Shown piece by piece: positions 33,433 through 44,727 of a DNA stretch of 64,000 bases. This stretch comes from Williopsis jadinii. Lineage: Eukaryota. How positions within the stretch are numbered: position 1 is the stretch's first letter; each line of letters opens with the position of its first letter. The DNA lies in NCBI GenBank assembly GCA_024346625.1, contig AP024666.1, positions 1,116,001 to 1,180,000 on the forward strand, in the 5' to 3' direction. The notes below the pieces were generated by a model. That model was given only the letters and a program-made list of their open reading frames with translations, had not been told where the DNA came from and did not search any database. The position numbers and the translations under genes were made by a program.

Positions 33433-36400
33433 TTAGTCATCGGTATCTTCTTCCTCGTCATCATCTTCTCCCTCGCCTTCTTCATACGGTTTCACCTGGT
33501 TCACATAGCTTATACGTCCAACACGTAAACTCTTTCTCAATGGTTCCTTCACAGTCTTTCCATCGGTTTCTGAAAGATCATCGTTCTCATCAGCATCATC
33601 ATAATCGTTATATGACTTCTTGCGTTTGTATGTTTTTTGCTTTGACTTTACAGTTCTTACCTTCTTTGTTCCATGGCCTGACTCTGAAGATGCCGTGCTT
33701 CTGATTCTCTTTTGGTTAGATATGGACGCAACACGTTGTCTGACAATAGCCTTCATTCTTTGAGCAACATTGTGAGAGATAAAACTGGTTGAAACAATAT
33801 CCTGACCTTCTTCGACGTCCTTCATTGGCTTAAACAACTCTGATGAAAGTAAGATTTTGCCAGGATACGTTTGAAGAGTCCAGCCTTTACAATCTTGCAG
33901 TTCTTTGATTGCCATCAAGGTCAAGTCAGCAACTTTATAGATATGAGAAGCAGCATCAACATTATTCTCGAGTTGCTCATCTGTAAAGGAGATATCTCTG
34001 TATTGCTTGACCCTGGCAGCTAGGTAGTATATCAAAGACACATTCTTCTCATTCGCAACAGTGTCGAGGAAGAAAGTAATGTACTCCAAGGCGAATGTGT
34101 ACGCCTTTACAATATGATCATCCTCATCCTCATCCTCATCTGGCGTTGTGTCCATATAATCTATGAATTCTGCATGATGTGCAATTGAATAGATCAGGCC
34201 TGTGATACTCTTTTCAAAAACAATGTCGTTGAATGAAGTGTGATGTCTCCTACTATATGTTGATCTAATCCAAGTCTTAGTCTCTTCCTTTAAGCTCTTA
34301 TTGGGCTCAAATGCACTGAAAAAGACTGTTGGTAAGAACTTGAGGGAAATCTCCTCCTTCTTAAGGGAATCTGTGATGGTGCGGATATATTTCGAACGAA
34401 TTCTTTCATTTTCATCCTGGATCAAAAGGATAACCCGTTCAATCATCATTGAATCCATCAACCTGTTGTACCTTGGAATCCTTGCTAATTGAAGTAGATT
34501 CAATCCTGCAGCAAGCCTTAATCTTGTCTGATAGAACTTTGGAGTCGGATAAGTAGATGATTTTGAATTGACAATCTCACCACCATTACCAATCAATGAT
34601 ACAAGAAGTTTCAGAACGTTTCCTGCAATAGATTTGATGTTCTCGTCGGTTTCAGTTTTCGACTTGTCTAAAGATATGAGTCTATTTGTAAAGATTTCCA
34701 GTGCCAAAAGCTTCAAGTATAGGTTGACATGTTTGCCCGCTTCCAAGTCCGAGTCCTCAACCCAAGATGGGTCACTTGATCTGCCCTTAGACTTATTCTT
34801 CAAAAGAATATCCTTTATTAATAAAGACGTCATATCATTGGCTTTCTCCTCTGGAATATCGGGATCTGTCAAGAACAACTCAGCAATGGATGCCAACTTT
34901 GATGCCAACTGCTTGTCTTTTGCATCAAGAGGGTATACATTCTCAAACAACGTATAATCAAATACGTCCTTCTTAGTTGATAGGGAAATAATTTTCACTG
35001 AGTACCGTGCCTCCAATGGAGTTCCCTTCTGGGCGAATTCCATGAGCTTGCGGAAGAAAGCTTTGTCGTCATTGTCTAAGGCATCTTGAAGTTTGAAATA
35101 AATGTGATACAAGGCCCTCAGAGTATTCACTTGAAGTGGTTCAGTTCCAGGTTTGGAATTTTTCACCTCCAACACCAATTTCTCTACCTGATTTTGGAAG
35201 GCATCTGGTGTGATTACAGATATATCATTGATCAATTGCTGTGCAACTGTGGCAAACTTCTCATAAGCACTGAACTTCAATAATGGTGCAATGTTGGACT
35301 TGTTGAAAAAGACCAAACTTGATCTCAAAATCAAAGTCTTGAATGTATTGAGAATATCTTGAGTAGCAAATTTTCCCTCTGTCTTTATACTGTTGATGAT
35401 CTTTGAATCGCCTAATCTTTGAAAAAGCTCCTTACTGGAGTTTATGATGGAAACATAATCTGAGTCATGAGAGATACAGATTTTAATGAGATAGTAAAGT
35501 CTTCTGTTATTGATTACAATGAACCTCTCCAGTGACTCACGAGGATTGAATTTATCACTGAGACCCACTGCAAGCCAATCAATTGTTTTATCAATCTTCG
35601 ACTCCAGAGCCTTATCCTTTATTGGTGAATCACCATTATTAGCCTCTGCAAACTCGATGAACTTTGCAAGCACGTTTGATAGTTGTTGTTGTCTCTTATT
35701 AAATGCAATAAATGCACTTCTTGCTCGGTCATCAAGATCACCAACAACGTTTAGCACTCTTTCGATTCTTATACTGTCGTCAAGTTCTTGTGGTAAGATA
35801 CTTCCTAGAAGGGTTGTATCAACAAGATAATTGATGTTCTTATTATTGATGTAGAACAGGTTCAAGATCTGAGAAGGAATCTGCTTCACAATGGTTTGTG
35901 CTTCATTGAGCTCGTCGCTGCTGTTGAAAAGGTCTGCGTATGAGTTTTGATACAATGAGCCAAGTATCTTGATTGATTGCTCACTAATTTCGTCATGTTT
36001 CTCTCTCGCTAGCTTAATCAAGCTGTTCAATATTGTCTTACTGTTAACCTTTCTGACTAAAACATCAGCAGGTACATTTGAAAGGCCTTTAATGGTTGCA
36101 AGTCTTACACGTTCGTCAGTATCGATTAAGGTCTTAGACAACCCATTAGAGACCTCTGTTAGAATATCTGCCCTTTCACTCAATATGGCAGAAGCCTCTT
36201 CAGCCCATGTGATACGAACCAAGGGAGATATATCCAGTGTCTTCTTCATCCAGTTGTTCCATGTCTCTTTGTGAACCTGTACAAAGTTGATACGAGCTTG
36301 AGAAGCCAATATCTTGCCAATGGCTTCAGTTGCAAGTGCGCGATACTTCTCATTATCCGCATTGAGCTCATCATCCATGAGACCCATCACAGAACCCAAG

Positions 36401-37290
36401 ATCTCAGGAACATTCTTCCAAATCTGAACAACCAGGTTGTGCAACTTTGTCAGCTTTTTGAAATCAATCTCAGACCCTTCATCAACACTTTCATATATGG
36501 TCTCAGAGAAGAACTTTGTCAGTTGTCTGGTCAGTCTGTCTGGGTTTGCATTACAAATGTTGAGTGTAAAGTTGAAAGTTTGGGCAGCGGAAGACGTCAA
36601 GCTTGAAGTGACAGCACCTGCGTTCTTAGAAGCTGTTAAAAACTTGTTCAAGATGAGCTTCAACACGGGGGTCGTGATCTGATCCCACTCAGAGAATATA
36701 TCAATCATAATGTCAGAAATTATAGGTTCCAATTTCTTGTTAAAAGTGTTCGACTGGTCATAAAACAGCTCGAATATTGATTCAATGAGAGAAGGACCAT
36801 CCTCGAGATCAGTGGTGAGGATAATGCTTCTCACCTCCGCTACTCTGGTAATCAAGTACACTTGCTGAGTATAGTAACCGTTTTCAGGATTGGCCAACTT
36901 CTTGAACATCTTGATGAATAACTTAAAGATGTCTTTGAGCTCAGTATCCGTGTAAGGGGCAACTGGTGCATAGATCCTTAGGATATCAGAAATGCAACAA
37001 GCAACGAGCGACTGAACTCCGTTGTCCTTGTGATGAAGCAACTTCTTATTCACTAGATCATCTTTGATCTTGTCCAAAGACTTGACATTAAACCTATCCT
37101 GGTCAACTTTGGAAAGTTCAGTAGAAAGAGTCTTATATGTGTGTTAGTTAAAATCAAAGATAACAAGCTCCACATGAATCGTTCTACATACATCTAATCT
37201 CTCTAACAACTCCTTCAAGGAAATGGTGTCCTTTGGAGAGCTAATGATACTCTTGTTGAATTTCAACTTCGCACTGCTGCTCGTTGTCAT
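33433..37290 (-). CDS. PDS5: Cohesin-associated HEAT protein Pds5; exons 37192..37290 and 33433..37131
   Basis: ACCISDILRIYAPVAPY, LIDTDERVR, GTPLEARY and RLRLAAG. Exon 1 encodes MTTSSSAKLKFNKSII. The 60-nt intron GTATGT..AACTAAC..AAG splices in frame. Confidence 0.95.
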
Positions 37291-37386
37291 TGGATCCTTC
37301 GTGTATGTCGTTTCTCAAACAGTATTGCAAGACAACTCAAGGAATTCTGATGTTGTTTTCATGTGTTTTTTGCCTCTTTACTCCGG

Positions 37387-37423
37387 ACGCGTCATACACT
37401 TTCGCGTCGCACCGTTTTCGCGT
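37387..37423. promoter_or_regulatory. MCB/SCB-type triplet upstream of PDS5
   Basis: ACGCGT at 37387 plus two TTTCGCGT (= ACGCGAAA) copies within 40 bp. Confidence 0.75.
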
Positions 37424-37606
37424 CGTGCGTAGCCAATAGTGCCCATACGAAGTTATAGGCAAGATACACTTCTACGTCCTTACGGTGTTGAAATCAAAGC
37501 TGTATAAGGGTTTATGATTCATGAATATAAGAAGAAATCGTAACCTATACTGATGCAAGTAGTTGTTCTGTATTTTGTGTAAGTTCATTAGGTCATGGAA
37601 CAGAGC

Positions 37607-39400
37607 TTAGGCCAGTGTCTTTCCCGAAGGATCATCAGTATCGCTGTCTTCTGAAGACCTTATTGAAGGTTCATCCTCTCTATCTTCATCGGACTCTCTT
37701 GGTGCCAATTCAGTATCAATTCTTGAAGTGTTTGGACTTAGACGATCGGGGTTACTGGAGTTTCTTCTCGAATTCTGTGCCTCTTCTTTCCTCTCAGATG
37801 CTTCAGCATGTGCCCTTCTCATGTCTCTCATGTTGTAACTGTCCATGCCTGCAATATTATCTGATGCTCTAGCAGCATGAGGAGTGACACCATATTTTTG
37901 TAAATTGTTTGCAATATCCCTTGCAGAGTCATGTTTACCAGATATAGATGTTATGCTTCTGGATAGTGTTCTGAAAAGTGAGGCCCCAGAGCTTGCTTTA
38001 CGAGGTTGCGAAGCTGACTGTACTGGTCTCAATCCCCTTTCCAAATCACTATGGTTTGTTGATGGAGCTGGACGATGGGTCATAACTCTTAATAGAGTTC
38101 CACCCATACTGTTTGCACGAGCATTGTAGCCATTATACTCCCTTTCTTCGTCCTCTTGTATCTCTCTTAGACTGGCGCCAGATGCTATCGATTCACTTTC
38201 CAACGACTGTGGATAATCACCTTCAACTTCCGCATCCAAACTTCTAGGTGCTTCTCCTGCAATTTCTGATTCCTTGTACAATGGCTTACCCATTCCCATG
38301 ACAGGGAAAACACCTGGTGGTGATCTTAGTTTCGATGAAGTTCTTGATCTTGAGCTTCTACGAGAATCCATCGTCCTCGTCCTGCTCAGACGTCTGTCTA
38401 TGAGTTGAGGTTGAACAGCTTCTTCTTCATCGTCAGGTCTATAAGCTGTTGGGTTAACATCCTCGTCCTTTTCATTCTCCTCTGAAGAATCAGTAGATGA
38501 GTCTGATGGAGTCGGCACTCTAACCACTCTGGAATCGAATTGCAACTCAGGTTGTTCATCTTTAACTTCATACTTTGGCAAGTTCAGTTGGTCTCTATCT
38601 CTTTCAACAACAACCAAGTGTAGGTAAAACGGTATAAGTATAGAGAATGCTGCTCCCCCAACTATGTTTCCTAAACTTTCTGCAAATAAACCTTTCAGTA
38701 TGTATTGGCCAACCGTGATGTCAGCACCGTTAAACATCCCCGCTGGGATTGTAAACATATCTGCAACGCAATGAAAGAACCCCATTGTGACGAAGGTAAA
38801 GATTGGTAAGAACATCAAGAAGAACTTAACATGAACCGGCTTAGCCAACAGCTGTAAATAAACCGCAAGACAAACACAAAAGTTACCGGCACAACCCCTT
38901 ATGAACTGCTGAGCGAAGCTCCCAGCCATCTTTGTATTTGCTAGTCTTATAGAGCCCTCGACAAAAAGTGTTGATTGAGTGACTCCTGACCAGTGACAAA
39001 TGACATACACGACGAAGAGCGTTGCTCCCAAGTTGATGAACCAAGTCACGGTCCACGAGATGAGTAAATCAACTATAGTCACGGCGCCACGGCATACGCC
39101 AACTGTGAAGTAGAGAATGTTCGAGTTGAACAGCTCTGTACCCATAATCACAACGTAGAACAGACCGATGGGAAACATTGCACCTTGCAACATGTGGACA
39201 ATACCTGGATTTGTATTCATAAGCACCGGGTTCTCAGCTTCTGACAGCAGCGCTAACATACCACCGGCAGAGAACAAGATTCCAGCAGCAATAGCATTGA
39301 CTATAAGTGTATCCGGCCTCAATCTGGCCTTTTTCATCGAAGTAGCCACCACAGCAAGCGCCGCCTCGTGCGGTGTAATATAAAGAGTATCATCAGCCAT
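37607..39400 (-). CDS. Formate/nitrite transporter (FNT) family channel, YHL008C-like
   Basis: FPIGLFYVVIMGTELFNSN, GCAGNFCVCLA, HCVADMF and LGNIVGG; long Ser/Arg-rich C-terminal tail. Confidence 0.9.
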   Translation of the reverse strand: MADDTLYITPHEAALAVVATSMKKARLRPDTLIVNAIAAGILFSAGGMLALLSEAENPVLMNTNPGIVHMLQGAMFPIGLFYVVIMGTELFNSNILYFTVGVCRGAVTIVDLLISWTVTWFINLGATLFVVYVICHWSGVTQSTLFVEGSIRLANTKMAGSFAQQFIRGCAGNFCVCLAVYLQLLAKPVHVKFFLMFLPIFTFVTMGFFHCVADMFTIPAGMFNGADITVGQYILKGLFAESLGNIVGGAAFSILIPFYLHLVVVERDRDQLNLPKYEVKDEQPELQFDSRVVRVPTPSDSSTDSSEENEKDEDVNPTAYRPDDEEEAVQPQLIDRRLSRTRTMDSRRSSRSRTSSKLRSPPGVFPVMGMGKPLYKESEIAGEAPRSLDAEVEGDYPQSLESESIASGASLREIQEDEEREYNGYNARANSMGGTLLRVMTHRPAPSTNHSDLERGLRPVQSASQPRKASSGASLFRTLSRSITSISGKHDSARDIANNLQKYGVTPHAARASDNIAGMDSYNMRDMRRAHAEASERKEEAQNSRRNSSNPDRLSPNTSRIDTELAPRESDEDREDEPSIRSSEDSDTDDPSGKTLA

Positions 39401-39847
39401 AATGACAGGACCAGTGCTTCACTATAAACGTCTTCCTGATAATGAGGGTGTCACCTTTGAGCAAACAAGCTGAAGCGAACACTCTAGAGATTTGGCCTTT
39501 GATCAACAACTTCTCACTGCAATAGACGATGGTTGACGGCGTGTAGATCCGAAGGTCTCAACAAAAATTTTGTCCCATTAGAACCAGTTGAGACTTGACC
39601 AGGTTTAACGTCAGCGCTGCCGTGTTTTCATGGGAGACGCCACATACGTTTTGCATCACAGAAGCTCATCCAAAGTTCCCCACGGATCAAAAACTCCGGT
39701 TGCGGTCTTGCTCGCTTGGCTTTCAAGTAGGAAAAAATCACCGCACAGGGTTAAAATTAGCAAGAAGAACATTGCAAACTATTTGGACATATGGTTCCAC
39801 ACTTGCACGGTTTTAGGATAGAAGGTCCATTGAGGGTCCCTGTGCTG

Positions 39848-39855
39848 ATGACTCA
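39848..39855. promoter_or_regulatory. Possible Gcn4/AP-1 site upstream of the FNT gene
   Basis: ATGACTCA about 450 bp upstream of the ATG; a single site only. Confidence 0.3.
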
Positions 39856-40381
39856 GGAGATGGCCGATGACTTGTTGCTATATATACATAAAAAGAGAAG
39901 GAAAGTTTAGTGTTCCTTGCGTCCCGTTTGCTGTTCTGGGTGACATTGTTTTAGTGCTGGCAGGAATCACGATCTACTGTCTCCGCCCGCTGTCAGCCAA
40001 TAGGATTTCTAGAATCGTTCGGAAGAACTTCCAACGGAACAAGTGCGATGGGCTTGACACAAAAAAAACAAAAAAAACACCTTTCAATACTTCATGTGTG
40101 GCACGTACGAATCGGACATCGACCCGTAGCTCCATCAGCTTTATTGCCAGTCACCGTCTACCGTTTGGGCCTTAGAAGGTGACGAATGCGGAGTGCATGA
40201 CTTCTATACTACTGGTCCTTGCACAAGCTGGCGTTGGACAGCTGTCAACATGTAGATCAGAATTAAGAGAATACTATGCAGCCATACGAGATCAGTTCCT
40301 TATCTATACAGGATATGTATTCTCCGTCAAGTGATATCCGCCTGGGCTCTAGGCTAACATAGCGCCTTCCTGGTACTGGCC

Positions 40382-41245
40382 TCATCTATCATCGCCGTCC
40401 GTATCCGTCTCTCTATCATCAACTTCAAGAATCGATGTTAACACCAATAGTGGGGTGCCGCAATCAACACCCTCACAACTGCTACCAGCGACTTTTAAAA
40501 CGTATCTAATCCGGTTGAACTTATCGTTCAAATAAGGTGTCAGGTCCAGCTGGAACCCTGGGAACGCAATCTTGATATTCGAATCCTCCAAGCTCAAGAA
40601 CCCAGAGAAGAAATCACACTGATAAGTTCGACCTTTCTCAAACGTGAACTTTTCCAAGTTCTCCTTCTTTTGAAAGAACACCTGTCTATCACTGGGCTGA
40701 AGCACTGAGCCATCTGTGACGATGTTGGACAAATCTATAACTTCCTCGATGGGTTTGGAACAGACATCCTTGTCTATTTCTCCAGCATTATCGTTAATCA
40801 CGTTTAAAGAGCTCAAAGCCTTGCCATAGAGGTAAGGCTTAGGGCAATACAAATCTCCTTCTACGCTCGGGTCAACAAACCTCTTGAACAACTTGAGAGC
40901 GGTCCCGGCACCATAAGGTAAGAAATCGCCAATCGAAGTGTCAAAATCGTTCCCAAAGAGCAAGTCCTCCCCGTTTATGTCCTCCTTGGGGGTAAAGCTA
41001 AATTGAATTGAGATATTGAGATCTTCGCAATACTGGAAATAAGGCGAATCCTTCAAGGGCGGGTCGTGTTTAGGTGAACCGTTGAACCCTCTAATCCTAA
41101 CGCAAAGTTGAACATCGGCAATGGTGGATGAGATGGTGATGGGGTCTTCACTGTTTACTGGAACTATTTGGGGCTCCGAATCATAGGAGTGCGACGCCAT
41201 TACAGTGATCATGCGCCTCTCTGTTTTCTTCCGGAACCAAGACAT
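40382..41245 (-). CDS. Conserved fungal protein of unknown function (DUF1769-like)
   Basis: VPVNS, VRIRGF, SPYF, SIQF, DLLFGNDFD and VDPSVEGDLY..KPYLYGKALSSLN pattern recalled for DUF1769 proteins. Confidence 0.7.
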   Translation of the reverse strand: MSWFRKKTERRMITVMASHSYDSEPQIVPVNSEDPITISSTIADVQLCVRIRGFNGSPKHDPPLKDSPYFQYCEDLNISIQFSFTPKEDINGEDLLFGNDFDTSIGDFLPYGAGTALKLFKRFVDPSVEGDLYCPKPYLYGKALSSLNVINDNAGEIDKDVCSKPIEEVIDLSNIVTDGSVLQPSDRQVFFQKKENLEKFTFEKGRTYQCDFFSGFLSLEDSNIKIAFPGFQLDLTPYLNDKFNRIRYVLKVAGSSCEGVDCGTPLLVLTSILEVDDRETDTDGDDR

Positions 41246-41565
41246 GGTCACAGTGTTCAATGGTCTATAGCGTACTTAAGGATACGTTCATGGCTAAAAT
41301 CGTGGGTGGTCTCTCTTCCGTGCATCGCTTCAGATCGCAACAGCAGGAGAGGGCGGGATATTGACGGTACGCGCACCCATTCCAGGCTAAACATCTCGCC
41401 AGCTTTGAGTCTCCAATCATTTGTATCTGCTATAGAATATGGCAACTACAAAGTGGACCACGTTATTGAAATCATTGTTGTTTCTGGATCTGTCTTGAAA
41501 CCCGCAGAAGATATAATTAACGAAAAAAAAAATTTATAAACCTATTCCCATTGTTTTAGTTCAAT

Positions 41566-42543
41566 TTAAGCACCAACTTTCTCCTCCAACACCTTGGTCA
41601 AAGTAACAGCGTCAGCGGCAAACTTTCTGATACCTTCAGACAACTTTTCGGTAGCCATGGCATCCTCGTTCAAGGAGAATCTGAAAGCTGGTTCATCGTC
41701 GACAAAAGAGACCTTCTCCTCGTCAACGTTGACAGCCTCAGCAGCATCCAACACCTTTGGAACTGGCTCTGTGGAGGTCATCAACTTTTCGAGCAAACCT
41801 GGGGAGATGGTCAAGAAGTCAACACCGGCAAGGGCCTTGATCTCATCAACGTTTCTGAAAGATGCACCCATGACAATGGTCTTGTAACCGTACTTCTTGT
41901 AGTAGTTGAAGATTCTCTTGACGGACAACACACCTGGGTCAGTCTCACCAGTGTAGGTCTCACCGGTCTTGGCCTTGTACCAGTCCATGATTCTACCGAC
42001 GAATGGAGAGATGAGGGTAACCTTGGCCTCGGCACATGCAACGGCCTGAGCAAAGGAGAACAACAAGGTCAAGTTACAGTGGATTCCGTACTTGGACTCC
42101 AACTCTCTGGCGGCTTGGATACCCTCGTAAGTAGAGGCAATCTTGATAAGGATTCTCTCCTTGTCAACACCAGCCTCCTTGTACAGGTCAATGATCTGCA
42201 AAGCCTTCTTAATCGTGGCATCCTTGTCAAATGACAATCTAGCATCAACCTCTGTGGAGACTCTGCCTGGAACAATCTTAAGAATCTCCGTACCAAACTC
42301 CACGAGCAAACGGTCCAAGGCAAGGTCAACTTGCTCAGCTGGGGTAGACACCTTACCCTTAGCGTATTCGACAGCCTTGTCAATCAATTGTGCGTACTCC
42401 GCCTTCTTAGCAGCAGCAAGGATCAAAGATGGGTTTGTGGTGGCATCTTGTGGGGTGTACTTAGCAATAGACTCGAACTCACCGGTATCAGTGACAACGA
42501 CTGTACCAGCAGCTTTCAATTGTTCAAGAGAGTTAGCAGACAT
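41566..42543 (-). CDS. TAL1: Transaldolase
   Basis: [33 protein letters not shown] and ISPFVGRI; strong codon bias. Confidence 0.98.
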   Translation of the reverse strand: MSANSLEQLKAAGTVVVTDTGEFESIAKYTPQDATTNPSLILAAAKKAEYAQLIDKAVEYAKGKVSTPAEQVDLALDRLLVEFGTEILKIVPGRVSTEVDARLSFDKDATIKKALQIIDLYKEAGVDKERILIKIASTYEGIQAARELESKYGIHCNLTLLFSFAQAVACAEAKVTLISPFVGRIMDWYKAKTGETYTGETDPGVLSVKRIFNYYKKYGYKTIVMGASFRNVDEIKALAGVDFLTISPGLLEKLMTSTEPVPKVLDAAEAVNVDEEKVSFVDDEPAFRFSLNEDAMATEKLSEGIRKFAADAVTLTKVLEEKVGA

Positions 42544-43479
42544 AGTTATAGAGTATAAGGGGATGTTCCTTTGAATTTCAAATCAACTAAAAATTAAAAG
42601 GATATAACGTATTGGCGTGTTTTTCGGGGTTTTATGAAAAGATGGTGGCAACCGATGGTTTTATACTCTCCCTCTGGTTTCTTTTGCAAGTCAACCTCCT
42701 CCGTGTAAACTGTGCCTCTTCTCCCTGTGTTTTGCAGAAGCGGAAAAAGGTCCACCGTTTTCCGTAGAAATCTCCCTGTTGCGGTCCGCGAATTTGGTTT
42801 GGTGTGCTTTGTCTATGACGACGTGGCCAGGTGCACGCGCACACTTGGGCCCACACGCTGTTGAAAGGCCGCTTGAGGAAAGGAGCTGCAAAACGTTTCT
42901 GTTCTTTATTCCCGTACCCCAGAGAGGGATTTCGGTCAAGATGGAACTGGTGGTAGACAACTTTGCTGAGTGGGAAGCAGATTATCACCGTTGCACGCAC
43001 TGGACTCGGTAATGGGAGGTGTTTGCCCACATGTGCATGGTACGCTCATCTCCCCCCAGTCAGCGCTCGCTGGGCGCTCGGGTTGTTCGTACCGTGCTCC
43101 CCTGCCTCAAGCTAGTTTTTCCGCTGAGGCTATTAGGCTGCAGTTGAGGCCTGGACCAGCGCGAGATTCCATTGCTTCGCTACGTAGAATTCGAGTCTTT
43201 CCGTGTCTTGTCAAGCCGGATGAAACAGATAGGCCGGTGGAGACTAACTGGCACCTCTTCAGGTCAGTGCAACCACGCTCAGTTCCGTTTGACTGAGGTC
43301 CCAGGCCCGTTGCTACCCTCCAGCTCATCGCGGCGTGCGACTAACAATCTCAGGGCTCCAGGCAGAACCCGGACACCAAGCAAAAAAGTCCAAAAGCACA
43401 ACCGGACATCACCTTGCGCATAGACTGAAACCCCTAACAAGGGCATTGTGAGTAAGACATATGGCCGACTGAGCGGAGC

Positions 43480-44727
43480 ATGTCCCAGGCGATCGAATCA
43501 CGGATCCTCGAGTATAATGTTTTGTTCACACACGATGTAAGGAAGAAACTCAAGAAATGGATAGATGGAAAGCTGAGGCATTATAAGCTCAACGATAAAG
43601 TACAAGTGTTGTCAGAGGATGGCATCGTCGTTACAGAACAGTTCATGTTGAAGGCAGACTTCTCAGATGAAAGCAAATGGGATGATTTTATCAAAGTTGG
43701 CGGTGTCTTGGTTCAGATAGACTCCATTCTGTGTGAATTCAAGAGGAACGTTGTGTCTTCAAAGAAGATTGATGAAAGTGGGAACAGCGTTGGTGTGTTG
43801 AAGATCACAAATGCTGAAGCGCTCAACGTTGCACGAGGCAAGTCACAATCATATAATTCTCCTGTGAGCATTTCCGATGTGGTTAGTGCCTCACAAACAC
43901 TGACACCGACGCCAGCTGCATCAAAAGTGCGAAGAAGAGTTGGTCTGAGTAGACTTCATACTCCATCAAAGAGACGTACCGGTATCAAACCAACACAGAT
44001 CCCATCTCTCAGTCGAGTCTCCCCTAGCGGAAATGATTCCCACTCGATAATAGGAAGTGGTAAATCCAAACCATCTGCTGGTACAACTGCTCCAAGACTT
44101 CAAGATCAGGCCAAGTCCACCAACTCTAGTCACAGTTCTGTATTGAGTGTTGATGCTATGGTTCCATCACCTGCAAAACTGTTGAACCAGTACCATCAAG
44201 CCACTCCAACAGCTGAGGCAGTCTCGAAACAGGTGGCTCGCAAGAACAAAGAGGTGGCTATGAGCAATTTGAAGGGCATTCCGCACGCTACCGGTACGGC
44301 AATAATTCCCAATAGAAACCGTGAGAATTTGAGGATTGCGCCTACACCTGATCGATGGACTGAAATAGAGCACAATTTAGAAGAACACGGTGATATAGCT
44401 TGTCCTGATTCTACTCAAACATCCAAGATTTCTTGGGGGACCCAGGATCCGGATCCAAGTGTGTTTGCTTCTGAACTTTTGAAGCTTCATAAGGCATCTG
44501 CAGCATGTGATTGTTCATTCTCACAAGCAGAGGAAAGTGGGGGTTTATCCAACAGCAGCAGCAGCAACAACAACAACAACAACAATAACAATAACAAACA
44601 AGGCTGTACCCAAAATCATCAAGAGCTATTGCCACGCCGTCAGGTGCCTAAGCCAAGAGTGGGTAGAAGAGCACGTCCAGAGGCTGTAAAGATTTCTCCT
44701 ATTCATTCCAAGTCCAACATGAAGTAA
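43480..44727 (+). CDS. MTE1: DUF2439 (Mte1/ZGRF1 N-terminal) domain protein
   Basis: N-terminal EYNVLFTHDVRKKLKKWIDGKL motif followed by a disordered tail. Adjacent to the transaldolase gene, as YGR042W is to the TAL1 paralogue NQM1. Confidence 0.75.
   Translation: MSQAIESRILEYNVLFTHDVRKKLKKWIDGKLRHYKLNDKVQVLSEDGIVVTEQFMLKADFSDESKWDDFIKVGGVLVQIDSILCEFKRNVVSSKKIDESGNSVGVLKITNAEALNVARGKSQSYNSPVSISDVVSASQTLTPTPAASKVRRRVGLSRLHTPSKRRTGIKPTQIPSLSRVSPSGNDSHSIIGSGKSKPSAGTTAPRLQDQAKSTNSSHSSVLSVDAMVPSPAKLLNQYHQATPTAEAVSKQVARKNKEVAMSNLKGIPHATGTAIIPNRNRENLRIAPTPDRWTEIEHNLEEHGDIACPDSTQTSKISWGTQDPDPSVFASELLKLHKASAACDCSFSQAEESGGLSNSSSSNNNNNNNNNNKQGCTQNHQELLPRRQVPKPRVGRRARPEAVKISPIHSKSNMK
44551..44596 (+). 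repeat. AGC/AAC trinucleotide run encoding poly-Ser/poly-Asn within the MTE1-like gene
   Basis: Encodes NSSSSNNNNNNNNNNN; read directly from the sequence. Confidence 0.9.

Noticed and set aside
41594..42574. Long antisense or alternate-frame ORFs over TAL1 (likewise over Ebp1, SIN3, PDS5, TIF3)
   Set aside because: These are the expected shadows of codon-biased or repetitive coding sequence.
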